Position numbers and translations under genes: made by a program. DNA of 64,000 bases from positions 127,588-191,587 of the forward strand of contig NC_092676.1 of NCBI RefSeq assembly GCF_964355755.1, read 5' to 3'. The notes beneath the pieces are model-generated. The model was not told where the DNA came from. It searched no databases and worked only from the letters and a program-made list of their open reading frames with translations. Of the stretch, positions 38,871 to 54,500 are shown piece by piece. Each line of letters begins with the position of its first letter. Position 1 is the first letter of the stretch. Source of the stretch: Antedon mediterranea. Lineage: Eukaryota > Animalia > Echinodermata.

Positions 38871-41306
38871 TCAATACTTCCATAGAATTATAAAGATGGA
38901 AAACTATCGATGGCCAAAAATTATGTTTATTGGAATGCTACAACTTAATTGTGAATTTAAAGACTTAAGGTATAAGTTTCTATCTTGTATAAACGATATT
39001 CTCTTGAAGTGTAATTGTGAATCCAAAAATATTTTCACCACTCTCTCAAATTATAAAGAAGTCTACTTTCCAATTTCTGAAATCTTAAGAAAACTTAACT
39101 ATATAATGATAGATGAATGGAGAATTGAATTACAAAATAAATCAAGTCTCCACATCTATGAAACATTAAAATCAAAACCTGGACTTGAAAATTACTTAAT
39201 TGATAAAACTAATTTTGAAGGTGCTGCATTAAAATTTAAAGCTCGTTCAAATACTCTACCTTTGAATGATAGAACTGCAAATTGGAATATTGATAATAAT
39301 AAAAAATGTAAATTGTGCGGTACAAATTCGGACGAAGACATCCATCATTTCATCCTTAATTGTCCAGCTTTAAATAATATACGTAATCAGGAATTATTTA
39401 ATTTATATGTGGATATGTATAGAAATGGCAGCAAAGATATGTTTGATACTTTTTATACTTCTCATGAAAATGACAAACTTAAATATATTTTGGGATACTC
39501 AGATAATTTAATTGATGAGAGTGTGAAAATATTTTGGATAGTTTTTGTAAAAGATACCTAAAACAAGCATGGAAATTTCGAAATGATTCACTGAATTCCA
39601 TGACTCAATAACTATGTTATCTACATTGCTACATTAAGTAAATTGAAAAAAAAAGTGGGTGGGGGGGGGGAGGGGTTCGTAATAAGCTGTGTTTATCAGT
39701 TGATTTTATTTTATACACTTTTACTATATCTTGTTTTGTATTCATTGTGTAAAGTAATGATCTACTGTATGTATCGATGTAAATGGGGGGGGGGGGGGGT
39801 AGGATAGGGGTTGATAGTTGCTTTTGCCTTTTTTTACTTTTCTGTTAATTGTTATATTTTGTATTGTGAAGGATGCACCTTTGTGCTAAGTGTGCCACCG
39901 ATCTAAAGGTGTAATTCCAAATAAATAAATAAATAATTATGCACATGCTACGACGGCAGGTTGCCTAAGCATTGCCTGCCTTTTATTGCATGCAACATCG
40001 CCTCTGATCCGATCCAATGCACGTACATGTCACGTGACGGGACATGTACTAATTATTAAGTGGCGGCCGCCAGATAACAGCTTTTCCGCTACTCATATCT
40101 TCGCTCATTAATTATTCATGATTATACACTGCATGTTGAGTTATCCACATTAAACTTGGTAGAAATAATCAAAAAATATATACAGCATTGAACAAAGATG
40201 GAATTGGTTTTTAGAAGAAGAATTAATAAATAATAATAAACAATATTAATGAATAAATAAACTAAATTGCCTAACAACATCATCACAGCAGGGAGGGGGT
40301 TTTCATTTTAATATTTCAAAATCTTCTTTCCCTGTATTACTACAGTATTTTATAATAAATGAAAAAACACAAACTCAGTTTTTCTGATTTATTAACATTT
40401 GTGGTAAACAGTCAACTATAACTGAATAGGAATGATATTGGTTTTTTTTAGAATACATATATATTAGGTTGTTGTATATTGCTCTTCAATCTATGCTAGC
40501 ACAATAAAATCACTTACATAGTCAAACCAATCGATACATAATAATCCCATACAGGTTCATATATCCCAGTTAATACACACACAGCAGCAGTGCAAACAGA
40601 CTTGGAAGATCTCTTCTAACATAGAATTACTATCTCTTATGTTGATAGGAAGATATGCAACTTGATATTGCATGAACTTAACAAGCAATAAATATATATA
40701 TATTTACAATTGTTTTAGCAACCAAAAACATTTTTATATATTAATCATAACAATGTAAAACAACATAGAGTATTTCAGTGTTGGAACAACCCAGTATTAT
40801 TGGGTCTAAAATGGCTTTTACATATTAAAACGACCACATTACTCAGCAACAATATTTTATAAAAGTTACTGGCATACTAGTATAATGTTTTATTATGTAA
40901 TCAACTCTATGGCTCATTAACAGTATGGTAATCATCAGTACAAAATAAATTAATTTGTTTTTTTAACTGTATGAGGTTTATTTAATGAGTCGGTGGATAC
41001 CGGTACAGTACAGACTTTACGCGTGTTCTTTATATAAAGTTCATTTAATGAAAACAAACTCTCCATTGATAAGTGTGTAATGCTCAATTGGTAACCTCAT
41101 CAATTAAATCATTAATAAATTCTATTTACTTTAAACCTTACATACTTGATTACCAAGTAAATATTGTGATTAAATTTATCTGTAGAACATATCTTAATTG
41201 GCAATTGACTGAATTAATTAAAATCACCCTAGAACTAGTGCTGATACAGAACTGTGTGTACCGATACATGTAGATTGTGAACACTTATTTTTTCAAAATC
41301 ACCTAC

Positions 41307-41470
41307 ACATTGGGTAACAAAGATAAATATGGTGGGTATGCTAACATACCTAATACTTATGACAGGTGCACTAGAAATGATACCATTACACATTGGGTAA
41401 CAAAGATAAATATGGTGGGTATGCTAACATACCTAATACTTATCACAGGTGCACTAGAAATGATACCATT
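41307..41470. repeat. 82-bp direct tandem duplication
   Basis: ACACATTGGGTAACAAAGATAAATATGG...GAAATGATACCATT occurs twice. Confidence 0.85.
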
Positions 41471-41894
41471 AATTGTACTTAATTATTCAACATCATATGC
41501 CCTATGTATTTGAATAAGGCATATGTATTTGTCACAACATAGCAATATTCCAACAACTACTATTCAATAAAGAATGATATTGTATATTGTAACTTGACAG
41601 TATTGTTTTATTCCCTCAGACCCTTACTTAAAATCAAAGTAGTTTAAAAACTTAAATCTAAAGCGCATTACATTTTTATAGATAACAAACATTAAATACA
41701 ATCATAGCAGGGTTCATGCAGCATGTACTCAAATATTTTACAGCAAATTTTAACAACATATACTTTAAAACTTGGTAGTGCAATTGACCATGGATTTATT
41801 AATGTTTAGAAGGTTATGATGTAAGCAAATAATTGTTTGTAATACTGTAGTAAATGTGAGCTATGATGCTGATTATTAAACATATGACATATTT

Positions 41895-42013
41895 GCTGGC
41901 CTTGCTAAAACAAGAGTGTTATGTGCTGGCCTTGATAAAACAAGAGTGTTATGTGCTGGCCTTGCTAAAACAAGAGTGTTATGTGCTGGCCTTGCTAAAA
42001 CAAGAGTGTTATG
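41895..42013. repeat. 30-bp x4 minisatellite, probably in the sestrin 3' UTR
   Basis: TGCTGGCCTTGCTAAAACAAGAGTGTTATG repeated. Confidence 0.9.
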
Positions 42014-42505
42014 TAATCTTATAAATTAATTTTACTTATTATTACTACAGTTAAAAACTATATCAATGACAGTTGGAATTTCTATGTGAATCTTTCGTTC
42101 TGTAGGATCCATTCTTTGGTTGCTGCCTTAATGTGTTTCACCATTTGATTGATTTATTCCATGCATAGAATTTTAAACACTACATTCATGAGATGCTTTA
42201 GAGCAATTTATCTACAACTTAACTACTTAATAATTCAAGCTGTCCTACTTAACGTAATGCGACAAAAATACTTTGACATGATAAAAGGACCAGATTTATT
42301 TTGATCAAAATATTGCAAAGCTCCCAAAATAATCTATCCTTTCAAAGAATAAGAGTCTTGTCTGAGGAGGGCTGTAATACTGTATTGCCTGACAAGCAGC
42401 AGCAGCCGAGTGACAATCTGTGGTGTTGATAAAGTCAGCTGGCAGTACATGTAGTGAGATCATCTTTGGTTATTCAGCTTAATGAGATTCAACTGCTGGA
42501 TTCTA

Positions 42506-45500
42506 TCACGTCATGTACTGCATAATAGCTCGTAATGAATATAATAATTCTGCTTGCATTCGTGCTTCTAATATCATTATATTTACATGGACCTAAAAGC
42601 AACAAAAATTCTTGAATCAAAAAAGTAGCTTGTACATGTATTAATTGATTTAATTGCCAATTTAGCATAATATATGACACAAAAACGTGCAATTATAATA
42701 TTACTAACCTTTTCTGAATGTTTAAAGACTCTCCAAAAGTTGTCATAGTCTTTCTTGGTCGTTCTTTCTGGATAACATGTGACTATTTTGATGTATGTTT
42801 TTAATGACCTCTCCATCAGCTGATTTACACTTCCATAGTCGTAATCGTCGTGACGAATACCAAATAAGGAATGAATGTAGATCCAGATAACTTGACGTAA
42901 AAGAAAGGTGTCCACTTCTTGTTTATTGCCCATTCTAATAACAACAATGTACAACAATATTATTATACTATTTACATTTTTATACTATTGTACTAGTCAC
43001 ATAGGACCAACATTTTTAAAAGAGTTTTTACATTAAACAGAACAATTGAGACATATTACATACGTGTTGTAGGTGAGATCTTTTGCAATGCTAAATTTCT
43101 CATCAAGAAGAGGACCAATATCTGGATAGAGTCGGTTTACTAGTGAATAACCATGATCTTCCCAGGCATAGTCCTTTAAAAAAAATAAATAAACAACGCT
43201 ATTAAAATGATTATATTATAATATAAACAGATGCAATTTATTGCCAGATTCCATGCAATTAATGAATAATCTGGATGCATGCTCCATCTTGAATAGCATA
43301 TTGTTTCAAATAAATGTGGTGTGATTACATAATGAACTATACTGTACTAACACTAACTGTACTTTTCATTGAATTCACTGCATTTGCAACAACAAACAAT
43401 AAAATCAAATGTCATTAATGCTAATTTACTTAATTAATTAATTTAATATTAAAAAAGGAAACATTTACTGAATATGTTAGCTTATTTCAAACAAACTGCT
43501 TGTAATTTTGCTATGACTGCGTTCATTGCACTTCTAACATATGGCTGTCATCACAAAGTTAATATATACAGAAAACTGTATACAAAATACTAAATAATAT
43601 CGAGGGTATTTAAATATCGAGGGTATTTAAATATCGAGGGTATTTAAATATCGAGGGTATTTAAATATCGAGGGTATTTAAATATCGAGGGTATTTAAAT
43701 ATCGAGGGTATTTAAATATCGAGGGTATTTAAATTACCTGTGCTCTAAATGTTGTATTGCTTCCAACTTCTCCTCTTTTTACAAAGTCTTTATAACTGAA
43801 CTCTGAATCTAATACATATTGAGTAACATCAATTTTTGTCATACACAGTTCCTTGCTAGGTTGTGGTACTGCAGAGAAAAAACAGTAATATGATAGTAAA
43901 AAGAAAGAACTAAATATAGGGGACCTTTCCCTATTCCATAGTTTTTGTTGTATACAGATGAAGGTCCTTGGTGCTGTATATCAATATTCATAATTTATTA
44001 AATCTATTTAAATCATTTTGAGATACATAATGATCAGTATTTGTATAATTCCTCAGTGTATAGAATCTCAGGTCACCTGAACACACTGAACATTGCAGAC
44101 AACATAAAAACATGACAATATATATGTAGCACTCGCAAAAAAGACCAACTTATCAAAACTTACAATCTACATTTTGTTTGCGAATATTTTCAAATTTTTT
44201 GACTTTTTCTTCTTGGCTGAATTGCTCTCCATCCTGTTCTTTAAGTTTTTCCATTCTTGATACTAGTTCATCCACACTTGGTTCAGGCTCTTGAGTCTCC
44301 TACAATCAATACATTATTTTGTGTGAATGATTTAAATACCATGGAGGATTATTGTGTCATCAGTTATCCAGGGTTTTATTGAGTGTATCTTAATTTATTT
44401 ATTTATTTTATAAATGGTATAACAAATTTACAAAAAGCAGACAAAAGTCTGAAAATATTGTATTACAAAGATTGAAACATTAAAAATGACGGATCAAAAT
44501 TCACAGCAAAACTACACATAAATGTAAACATACAGGAAGGCAAATTCACAGCAAAACTACACATAAATGTAAACATACAGGAAGGCAAATAAAAAACCAT
44601 TAAAATGTAACAGTATTGCAAAGTTATTAGATTACTTATCATACATTCTCCACATATTCATCTTAATTTTTAAATTATATTATAGATTTTTAAAATTCAA
44701 TTAATCAGTATGTATTGATTGCTTACATTTGAGAGACCATTATTAGATAAATCCTCCACCAAGTCATTGTTAGTGTCTGCAATGGACAGAGGCTGGACAG
44801 TGTAACCACCTTCCATATCAACCTCCTGGTTGATACCACATCCAAACACAAAACTTGCCAGCGCACTAAAGTGAGCCATAATCACTATAGCATGAACCAA
44901 CTCAGATAAAGACCAGCTATCTTTACCTTTAAGAAGTTTCTGTCAAAGAAAACAGTTATATATATATTTAATTTTTTCCCTGCATTTTTCAGTTGAAAGT
45001 CAATAATGAGGATACAGAATCTACCGATCAAAAGGAACCACATGTGTCACAGACAACACCAATGTGTGAAATCAAGATTACTTATAAATAAAGATCATCA
45101 ATCATCATGAAGTTAAAATAATAATATTTAAAGTGAAGATTCATCATTAAAGCATCCTAATTTTTGTAAAAACAAGAAGAATAACAAGAAGGTTTCTGTC
45201 ACATAATCATAATGTGAGAACACACAGTCTCCTTTCCTATGTTCACAATTATTACATAATTTGAACTGACCTCAATGTGTTCCTTTGTAATTAGCCATGG
45301 TTGGTGAGCCAAGATCTTGATTATATCATATAAATCTTTTAGTTTCTGTGGGATGTTGTTTATACTTTCTAGCCATTCTGGATCACCTCCTTGACAAAGA
45401 AATTCTTTTTCTTGAAGACGAACCACATATGCACATCTATGTCTAGCTGCAGCCTGTAAATACACAACATACAATAAATAATGGTATGATTTTCATCGCC

Positions 45501-48500
45501 TCCCACTCTAATGCTACTACTACACCTCCACATTATTAATTCAGTACAGTTGTCAGCTGGCTTGTCAAGTTATCATATGTACCGTAATACAAAACGTTTA
45601 ATCTATTGTTTCTTCACATGATATTTGAAACAAAAGAGGATATTATGGGGAAAACACAGATTGATTGAGGATCTTAGGAATATAAACCTCATTATTACTG
45701 TAATGATCAATTACAATCAAGATCTTACAACTACTCTAAACACTTTCTACATGTTATATTAATGAAGTTTTTTTTTCTAATTCATGTAGATTTCCTTTGC
45801 GTATCAACAAATATTAAATATCTAAATGGAAATAACATCAATAACATAATGAGTCATATAAAACATTAATACATGGAAAGCAGATACTACATACTAGATA
45901 ATATTCAACAAGTCTAGACTAAAATTGAAAAATTAAAAATGTTCTCCTTATCAAATATTTCACTTTCAACATCTTCATTCATTAAATCGACAAACTGAAG
46001 AATTTGACATTTAAAATTATTCCACCCATTATCCTCTGCATTAAGTAATTGGCTTCAATCCAAAAAATTCAAATTATGTTATAAGCCATATTAGTTATTG
46101 CTAACACTCGTTTGAGAATATCAAACCCACACGTTATCACATTGGACAATGAACCAATCGGTAGTAAATGTAAAGTCTTACCATAATGGCAATATAATGC
46201 CGGAATTCATATGAAAGGGGGCCATCACCCCTTAACATAAAGTTGTGCGTCCTTTGGAAGGCATTTAAGTATTTCGGATGGAGTCCAATAACTTGAGTTA
46301 CATGATCGAGACGACTTGATTGCATGAACTGTTCTATATACATTTGTTGTACCTAAAAATGAATTATTTAATAAATATACAGTATCCATAAATACTAACT
46401 ATATTTACCATATAATAATATGTTAATATTTTAGATGTAAATAATTGGATGAATTAACAATGAATTTTGTATATATCAATTTTCTAGAACAGGAAATATC
46501 GTATAGACTTGTAATTTGTTAAATTTACCATGAAGTGTTACATAACAAAATAAAATGAATTGTTTCCATTTCAATTAAATGATTTGTAATGCCAAATCTA
46601 ATTTTAGAATATTCTATCATTGTTCAAGGTTTTTAGTGTTTAAAAAACAGGATAATCGATTACATCTGGTTATTAGAAATTCAGAGAAAAAGGGGGGGAA
46701 ATGGTTGCATAGTTCCTCATTAAAAGATTGCAATTCATTAAATAATAATGAATATGAATTATGGTAGTATGGTAATTGTAATAAATCGATCATTGTTAAA
46801 CATGATGTAATAATATTAACAAATGAATACAGTAAACACAGTAACAATGCCTACCTGGTCATCATTATGATTCCCTGTTTGTTTAAACTGAAAGACATAA
46901 ATATAAATATTTTATTAATATTTAACTACAATTTTTTGGGCTGGAATATGTTTCTATTAATAGATCTAAATAACTCATAAAATCGAGTGGCTGTAACAAT
47001 GGATATCACATTCAAAATGATCCAAAGAGTATTTGTCACAAAGTAAAACCTGTTGAATAATTAAAAACCAGTAAGCGCTTGCCCCAAGAAACACAACTTT
47101 ACCTTGAAATAAGAGGTTGCAAATTTGCTGATATAATTCAGAAGCTGATTTAAGTGTACTGGTGCTCCAGTCATTTTAAATAAATCTACATAAATATATA
47201 ATTCCTGCCAATTCTGAAACTGTTGTCAACAGTAATAATGCTTGCAGATACTGGATATAAAATAAAAAGCCTTTTAAACTCTGGTATGATGATGCAGTGT
47301 TCAGAGTTGAAAACAAACTGTTTGTCAAACTTCCTCAGAAAACCGTTTTATCTCTGACCAGAAGCAGTGAACTCTTAAAAGCAATCTGAATATAAACTTC
47401 ATTAACAAGCTTTTTATCTGTGGTCAGATGTGATGTTTTTTTCAAACCATTCTCGGCAAAATTTGAAGAAATTGTGTTGGCATCTAAGTCTTGATGGAGC
47501 CATAATTTAATTGGTGACTCATGGTAAATCTTTCCTTAAATGTATTATTGTATTCAGATTATTTCCATGATTTCAGCGGTAGTATGCCTAACTGCGCAGT
47601 TACTCTCACCTCCGATTATAATTATATAAATTTGTTTATGTTTACTTTTCAAATATTAAATATGGGACAAAACAGTTAGCTATGACTTCTTACTTGTTTA
47701 AAAACTAATGAATCATGTGCTTTGTTATTAACAGTTTCCTTCCTAAATAGTCTGTGACTTTTATGCAATTTCATACAGATTATCCAAAGTCTGTTTAATG
47801 TTCAATTAGAAAGGAAACTATAGTTTTTTGTAAGTAATAGCAACCAGTTGCTGAGAGTGTGGAAAACAAACTACCACCACCCAAGGAATGGGTTGGTAAT
47901 ATAGTTTAACAGTAATTAGTATCTAAAATAGAAGGATAAAACTACTTTGTTTTATTAAACCATGGGTAGCTTGAGATTTAATCCCAGTTTGAATTGTGAA
48001 GTTTGAATTGTGTTATATTGTAAATTTTAGCAAGTCATAGTTGTTTTGATTGCTTAATCAGGTTCTAGGACATAAGTAACACTGCAAGTGATTGACACAT
48101 TTTGGTCCAAAACGTGTTCTAGATCATCAGCTGATATTGTGAAGTTGGTCTGTTGAAAAGATTAGTGATGAAATAAACATTGTGATTGGTTAGTTGAGTA
48201 GGTGTGACCGAGGCTTGGCATTTACATTTGGTAATACATGGCTTAACTAGCTTAATAGTTGGCACTGAATCAACTGCTGGGACCTAGAATTAATACAGAA
48301 AACATAATAATTGCTGGTTGGAATGCTTTATTAAATAAGAAAATCATAAGTTAGTTTTCATTCCAACCTACATTAAATTTAATTGTCTATGCATATCCTT
48401 CCCTATTCATTGTTTGTTCACTAACATTATATTTAATCAAATATATACAAATTTTACTTAATATAAATTAGATGTATTGTGTTTTGGATGTACGGTACAG

Positions 48501-51500
48501 TCAGGACATTATTGTACCCATATGTACTTGATAGATAAAACATGACATTATGGTAATATTATTAACAGTAGGCCTAGTATTAAATGATATAGCTAGCAGT
48601 AGGAAGGGCCTAGTATTAAATGATATAGCTAGCAGTAGGAAGGGCCTAGTATTAAATGATATAGCTAGCAGTAGGAAGGGCCTAGTATTAAATGATATAG
48701 CTAGCAGTAGGAAGGTATAATACAAATACAAACTGTCAAAAATAAAAAAAGCAAATTGAATGCAGGAAATGGTACTGTAGGTTACTGACTGCTGGAAACA
48801 ATGACCGCATCGTATAATTTGCTATTTTTAAACCATATTGCTGCAGATACAGAAATGACTGTTGGAAACAATGACCGCATCATATAATTTGCTATTTTTA
48901 AACCATATTGCTGCAGATACAGATAAATGACTGTTGGAAACAATGACCGCATCATATAATTTGCTATTTCAGAAATGACTAAAAACTGCTAAAACAAACA
49001 TTGAAGATCCTCCTATCTACTCGCCGTTTCAGACAAACACAATACAACATCCAATGCACATACAGTACATTTATTAAAATGATGATTATCTAAATTGCCC
49101 AATTTTTGCAGAAACATCATTTCTACAGTACCTACTGAATACAAAAGAGCTTATCCTAGACTTTTCTTACCGCAGGCATTGGTTTGGTCATAATATCCAC
49201 AACTGAACATGGTATGTTCATAAAAAGTTTTTCTTGTGAAATGCGCATGCCATCACGTTGTCTTATAGATGTTTGATGGTTTTGAAACATACTACACTGG
49301 AAAACCTGCCTGAACTCGTCAAGAACTTCAAATGCATTATCATTGTTCATACTGTCAAGATATTATAACTTATTATTTATTTAAGTTTGAACTTTGTGCT
49401 CATTGTTATCCTGATATCATCTATCTACATTGCTTAAATCGTCAGAAATATTTTTTTTATTGGAACGTTTATGGACAAATTTAACAAATCAACAATGTCG
49501 AAGAAATGTCAATCAATGTTAACTTGTCAAATTGATAAGAACAACAATGATGTAGAAAATCTAAATAGTTTACTATATCTACTGTATGTTGTGCTGTGTT
49601 GCATTTTACTATATCTACTGTATGTTGTGCTGTGTTGCATTTTACTATATCTACTGTATGTTGTGCTGTGTTGCATTTTACTATATCTACTGTATGTTGT
49701 GCTGTGTTGCATTTTACTCCTACTGTAATTTACTTTACATGATTCATTAAATATTTATTCCTTGCTTTAAGTGTAATAAATATTAATTATATTTTGTATA
49801 TAATAACTTGCACTGAATATTATTCTCAGAATCAAACCCACTCTTTCTAAGTTGATGCATCGAACAACGTATTGGATTTTAACATTACAAATCCAAAGTC
49901 TCACACACACATATCCAAGTGTATACCAGCACAAATTTCAAGATATGCTAGTTGTTTTGAGCCAGAATTCAGGGTGTAAGTAAACATGTTTGATGATAAA
50001 AGTTAAAATCTCCATAATTTAAGTTGACACTGACTCGCCTGTTAAAACCAGTTTAAACAACTTGGCAAAATCATCATTTTGCAACACATAATATGAAATT
50101 CATACTAAACTATATTATGATAATATTTCAGTCAGATATAGAAATGCAAGTTACTGTACAATACAGAACAACAACAAAAAGAAGACCAAAACCTAGATAA
50201 TTTGCATACAATCCCATTCTCCTGTTGTTAGACCTGCTGATTCTTCTAGTACCCTGGATATGGCTGCACAAGTTACAATATCATTACTTTATCATACAGG
50301 TCAGATTTGACAGTTGCCTTTTTTAATCAAGGAAATACCTGGTATCCATTTGTTTAATGACTAATCACCTTTGACCTCTAGTGTATAAAATCATACGATG
50401 GTTGGTTCATTATTTATAAATTGAAATATATATTTTTAGTATCTGTTTATTCTATCCCCTCATATCACATAGTCTTTTTCAACTTTGACATACTGTAAAG
50501 TATACTTTCAGATGGTACACAATACTAAGTAAAAGTACTTAAGTGACAAAATGGTAAATGGTACTATACTTCATCTGTTAAATATTAATGCATGGTTTAT
50601 TTATTACCATTTTTAATTAATGTATTTGTTTCATATATCAACAAAAGTTCTTATTCAAAAATTACTAATTAACGCCTTTCATTCATGACTATGAGCTATA
50701 CATTAGAACAAGTCCTTTTTTTTTACATAGGCCCATAAATTCAAACACTATAATAATGCAATCAGATCTATGTAATAAATATTGCTGAAAATGACACTGA
50801 AAATTACACAAAGAATGCCTAACCTATTAACACTTTCACCGCCAAAGACGGAAATCTCCGTCTTTCGATGCCCAGCGCCAGACCGCCAAAGACGGAAATT
50901 TCCGTCTTTGGCTTTTTATTGCAGAATTTGTTAGATCAGGTATATATGGACCGCATGTAGAAATTTCAACATCCAAATCGATCTGGACCGCAAATATTTT
51001 GATACTTTATTAACCCCTAGTGCCATTGACCCAGCTGGTCTACATCGTGTCCTATCATCCGTAAACAACATAAAGTGCTTACTGCGGACGAAGCAATTGC
51101 AGAAATATTTGCCAACTCTGACTCTGAAAATGAGTATTTATTATCCCCAGATGATGAAGGTATATTTGTACCTAAATCTGGTTTATAAAATGTAATAAAT
51201 AATTGGAGATAATTTAGCTAGCCTGGCCTAGGCTAGTTTGTAGAATAGGTTGAGAATCGTGACACTGACAGACGGTGCAGCCAGGCTAAAAACCTCATTA
51301 TCTCTGCTTTGTTCTCCGATTGAGCCTAAAGTGCTAAAAGTGAGCCAAGTTCTTTGTACAATTATGTGGTATTACAGTTTTATTTCAATAAAGTGTTTGG
51401 TACCATTGGAAAGTTTATTTCTATCTCATTATTTGAGTGTATATTGCATGTTATTCTGATTACAAACACCTTTGCTATGAGCTTTGAAAAACAGGTAAAT

Positions 51501-54500
51501 TTATCTAAAATGGCTGGCGGTGAGGGGTACTTCCTTTATTGAATGCCTGGCGGTGAAAGTGTTAAGCAGCAACAAAGCATATCAACAGAACATTCATCTG
51601 GTCAAGGGTCATTGGAAAATTCCACTGTGTTGAATTGAACTTGCACATACAGTAGTTGCAAGAAACAGGAATATTGTCATCTCTTACTGAATTGCATGTA
51701 ATACTTTAGTATGATTTTTATTGCAACAAGGTTTCAATTAATGTACTTTGAAATGAATAAGATTAACCCAGTAGTAGGGGTGCCAACAAAACATTACAAT
51801 TGTTTACCTCTTTGTTTGGAATGAAGCATGTAGCACCTTCTATTAGTTGTCTAGGAACTGGAATATTGTGCTCCTAAAAAAGATAAATACAATTAAATAT
51901 TAGTTTACTAAGGAACTGGAACATTGCAATACTCTAGGAAGATCAATTTGACAATTATAATTTATATATTAAATGTAAATTTTGTTTAATAATTAAAACT
52001 GATGAAATACTGCAAATATTTCAACAATTGTAATATTTTTAGAGAAATATAATATATATAATATATGTATCCAAAGCATACTTGATAAAGTGCCAACTGA
52101 AGTTCAATGCCCCCCTTATATCTAGTGAAAGGATATGATTATGATGGTGATGACTTCCAAGCAGATTGCCTAATATTGTATAAAAATTTAACAATACAGC
52201 TGATATGTCTTATTTAAAAGACCCAGCGGAACAATTTAGTTAACTGACCCCATGAAGTTGTCCAAACTTGGCCATTTGTCAAAAGTAAACAAGTGATGGA
52301 CAATGGTTTGCTAAAAATACATGCAGCACTTTGGCAATACCATAAAGATTGAAACACAGTTTTTCTATAATTTACCACAAACTTGACTTTAAAAAAAGGA
52401 AAAAACAAAAAACAGAGTAATGCAATTGCGGCATATTATTCATAGTAAAATGACTACCGTACATTATTATTATTAATATTATTAAATGTCCACTTAATTA
52501 CTTGGATTGGTTCCAACACTGTACAGCTGATGCAACCTATGGCAGGAATTTATATCACGTTTTAAAACTAGAAAATGTATCAAAAATTATTATTTTAAAC
52601 ATTTGGCATACTACTGTAAATTTACAGGATGTATTGTAGCCAATTTAAATCCAATTTAATATTCCTATTGCTAATTAATAGCTATCCAAATTAACATGTA
52701 ATAGGATTGAGGTATTGCATCATTATAGACAAGGTCATGCCAAGTACTTCCTATTGACCTCAGTGGATAGCAAAGACAACACAGAAAGGTAGACTGTAAA
52801 AATAAAGATCAACCTTAATATCAATATCACAATGGACCAGGTCCATGATATCACATCTCGGCAACTTAACACAGATCCTTAGCAATCAAAATACATGACA
52901 TTTTAACATGACATATTATAAAAATTGAAAATATTATTGATGAATTGACAATACAAGGAGTTGTGATAAAAAGTTTAAATACATACATTACATAGGTATT
53001 TCAAAATAATTGTTAGTTTATAACAATATTTTTTTAACGACTGAGTTATGAGTTGTACAGGTTGGTTCATATAGTACTGCTGGTTTGTGTTATTAGCTAC
53101 TATTCCTAACAACATTTCCACACTTCAGCCATCAATTTTTAACTGTAAACTTTTCTACTTATACATTATAAATACAATCTGTAATGAATATATCACATAT
53201 TTTTACTTTGAATACATTTATACAATAATAATTAATATACAAAAAATAACTTGAATAAAAAACTGTGAATAAAAAAATAATACAATAATTTATTGTCCTC
53301 CAAAAACATGAAAAATAAAGATGAATAAAATCAGATATTTGAATATGCATTTTACAGTTTCATTAAAGTTATTCACTTCTGTAGAAAAAAAATAAATAAA
53401 TTCACATACCTGTATAAAAAGACAAAAGAAGTAGTTAATTTTAACCAAAAAAAACAAAAAGAAATAATAATTTTTGGTCAAAGTCACTAACTATTATGTG
53501 ACATTAAAAATGGCATATTCAATTAAAAAAATTGTTTAGGGGGACAATGTATCTTTAAAGTGTTTTATTTATTCAACTTATTATATAGCAAATTGTATCA
53601 TGCTTATAACGCATGGATTGTAACATGACCAACTCGATGCAAATCCCTCTAGACTGCTAGCCTACACTGTCTGTCTGCAGACAGGGTTAATAATATTAAT
53701 ATATTGTAGGGCTACCAAATTTATCTCTTTTAGGTTTAAGAAATAATAATATTTATATACAGTATTATTATATAAAGTAAGTACTTCTGTAAGTTTCTAG
53801 CAGTTCTGCATTGTTATCTAATGATATGCAAATCAAATGTACCATTATCAAATGTACCATTATCAAATGTACCATTATCTATTCCCAGGGTTAGCAAAAT
53901 TTCCAAAAATTAGGTTGTCCTTCAGGCAATTTCGATACCGTAGTCATACTATTACTACCAATTTTTGCTCTGGCAGTGAAATTCTATGTGCTTGACATTA
54001 TTTTTTGTTGACCCCAGGACGTTGACCCCAGGATGTATATTATTAATCATTCTGCTGTGTTTTATGACAAAATATAATAATGAATTATATTGCAAGTAAC
54101 GTATATAAGATTAAACTAAAAAAGTACACAAGGTTACTCAGCAAAACGTACATTACCGGACCTACAGTAACTGTATTACATAAGTTAATAGTGTGGTTAA
54201 GAACAATTTAAAAAGCCAGTGTCAGTAAGAATTACTAGTATAACAAAAAATTATTATTACTCTAAGTTGGAAGCAACTGCTAACAAAACAAATAAAGAAA
54301 ACAAATAGATAAACAAATAAACAAACAAATAGATTATTATAAAATGTCTTATACAAACTTAAGATTAAATAGTTGTTGGAAAAATAGTAATTACACTGTT
54401 AATTTGTATAGGTAATGTCAGAAAATACTCATGAGCGGGAACATATTGAGTATGATAACAAATACTTAAATAATTGAAGCATAAGTCCACATCCAAGATG

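Larger units (their letters stand above)
32560..39935 (+). mobile_element. Degenerate non-LTR retrotransposon (APE endonuclease, RT C-terminus, CCHC finger, (TAAA)n tail)
   Basis: APE motifs NNINCL, GIAETHL, GGGIGLF, LLGDFNARIG, STIDY, GSDH (32750-33450). RT end FAKEWKLCFNFEKS, YKYLGV, LYGELGW (34200-34680). CKLC..EDIHHFILNCP (39300-39365). AAATAAATAAATAAAT tail at 39919-39935. Frameshifts and stops are present. Confidence 0.9.
32435..40090. mobile_element. Palindromic MITE split into two halves (32435-32553 and ~39940-40090) by a LINE insertion
   Basis: AAAAGCTGTTATCTGGCGGCCGCCACTTAAT..GGATCAGAGGCGATGTTGCATGCAA..AAGGCAGGCAATGC on the left is the reverse complement of 39969-40085. Confidence 0.75.
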
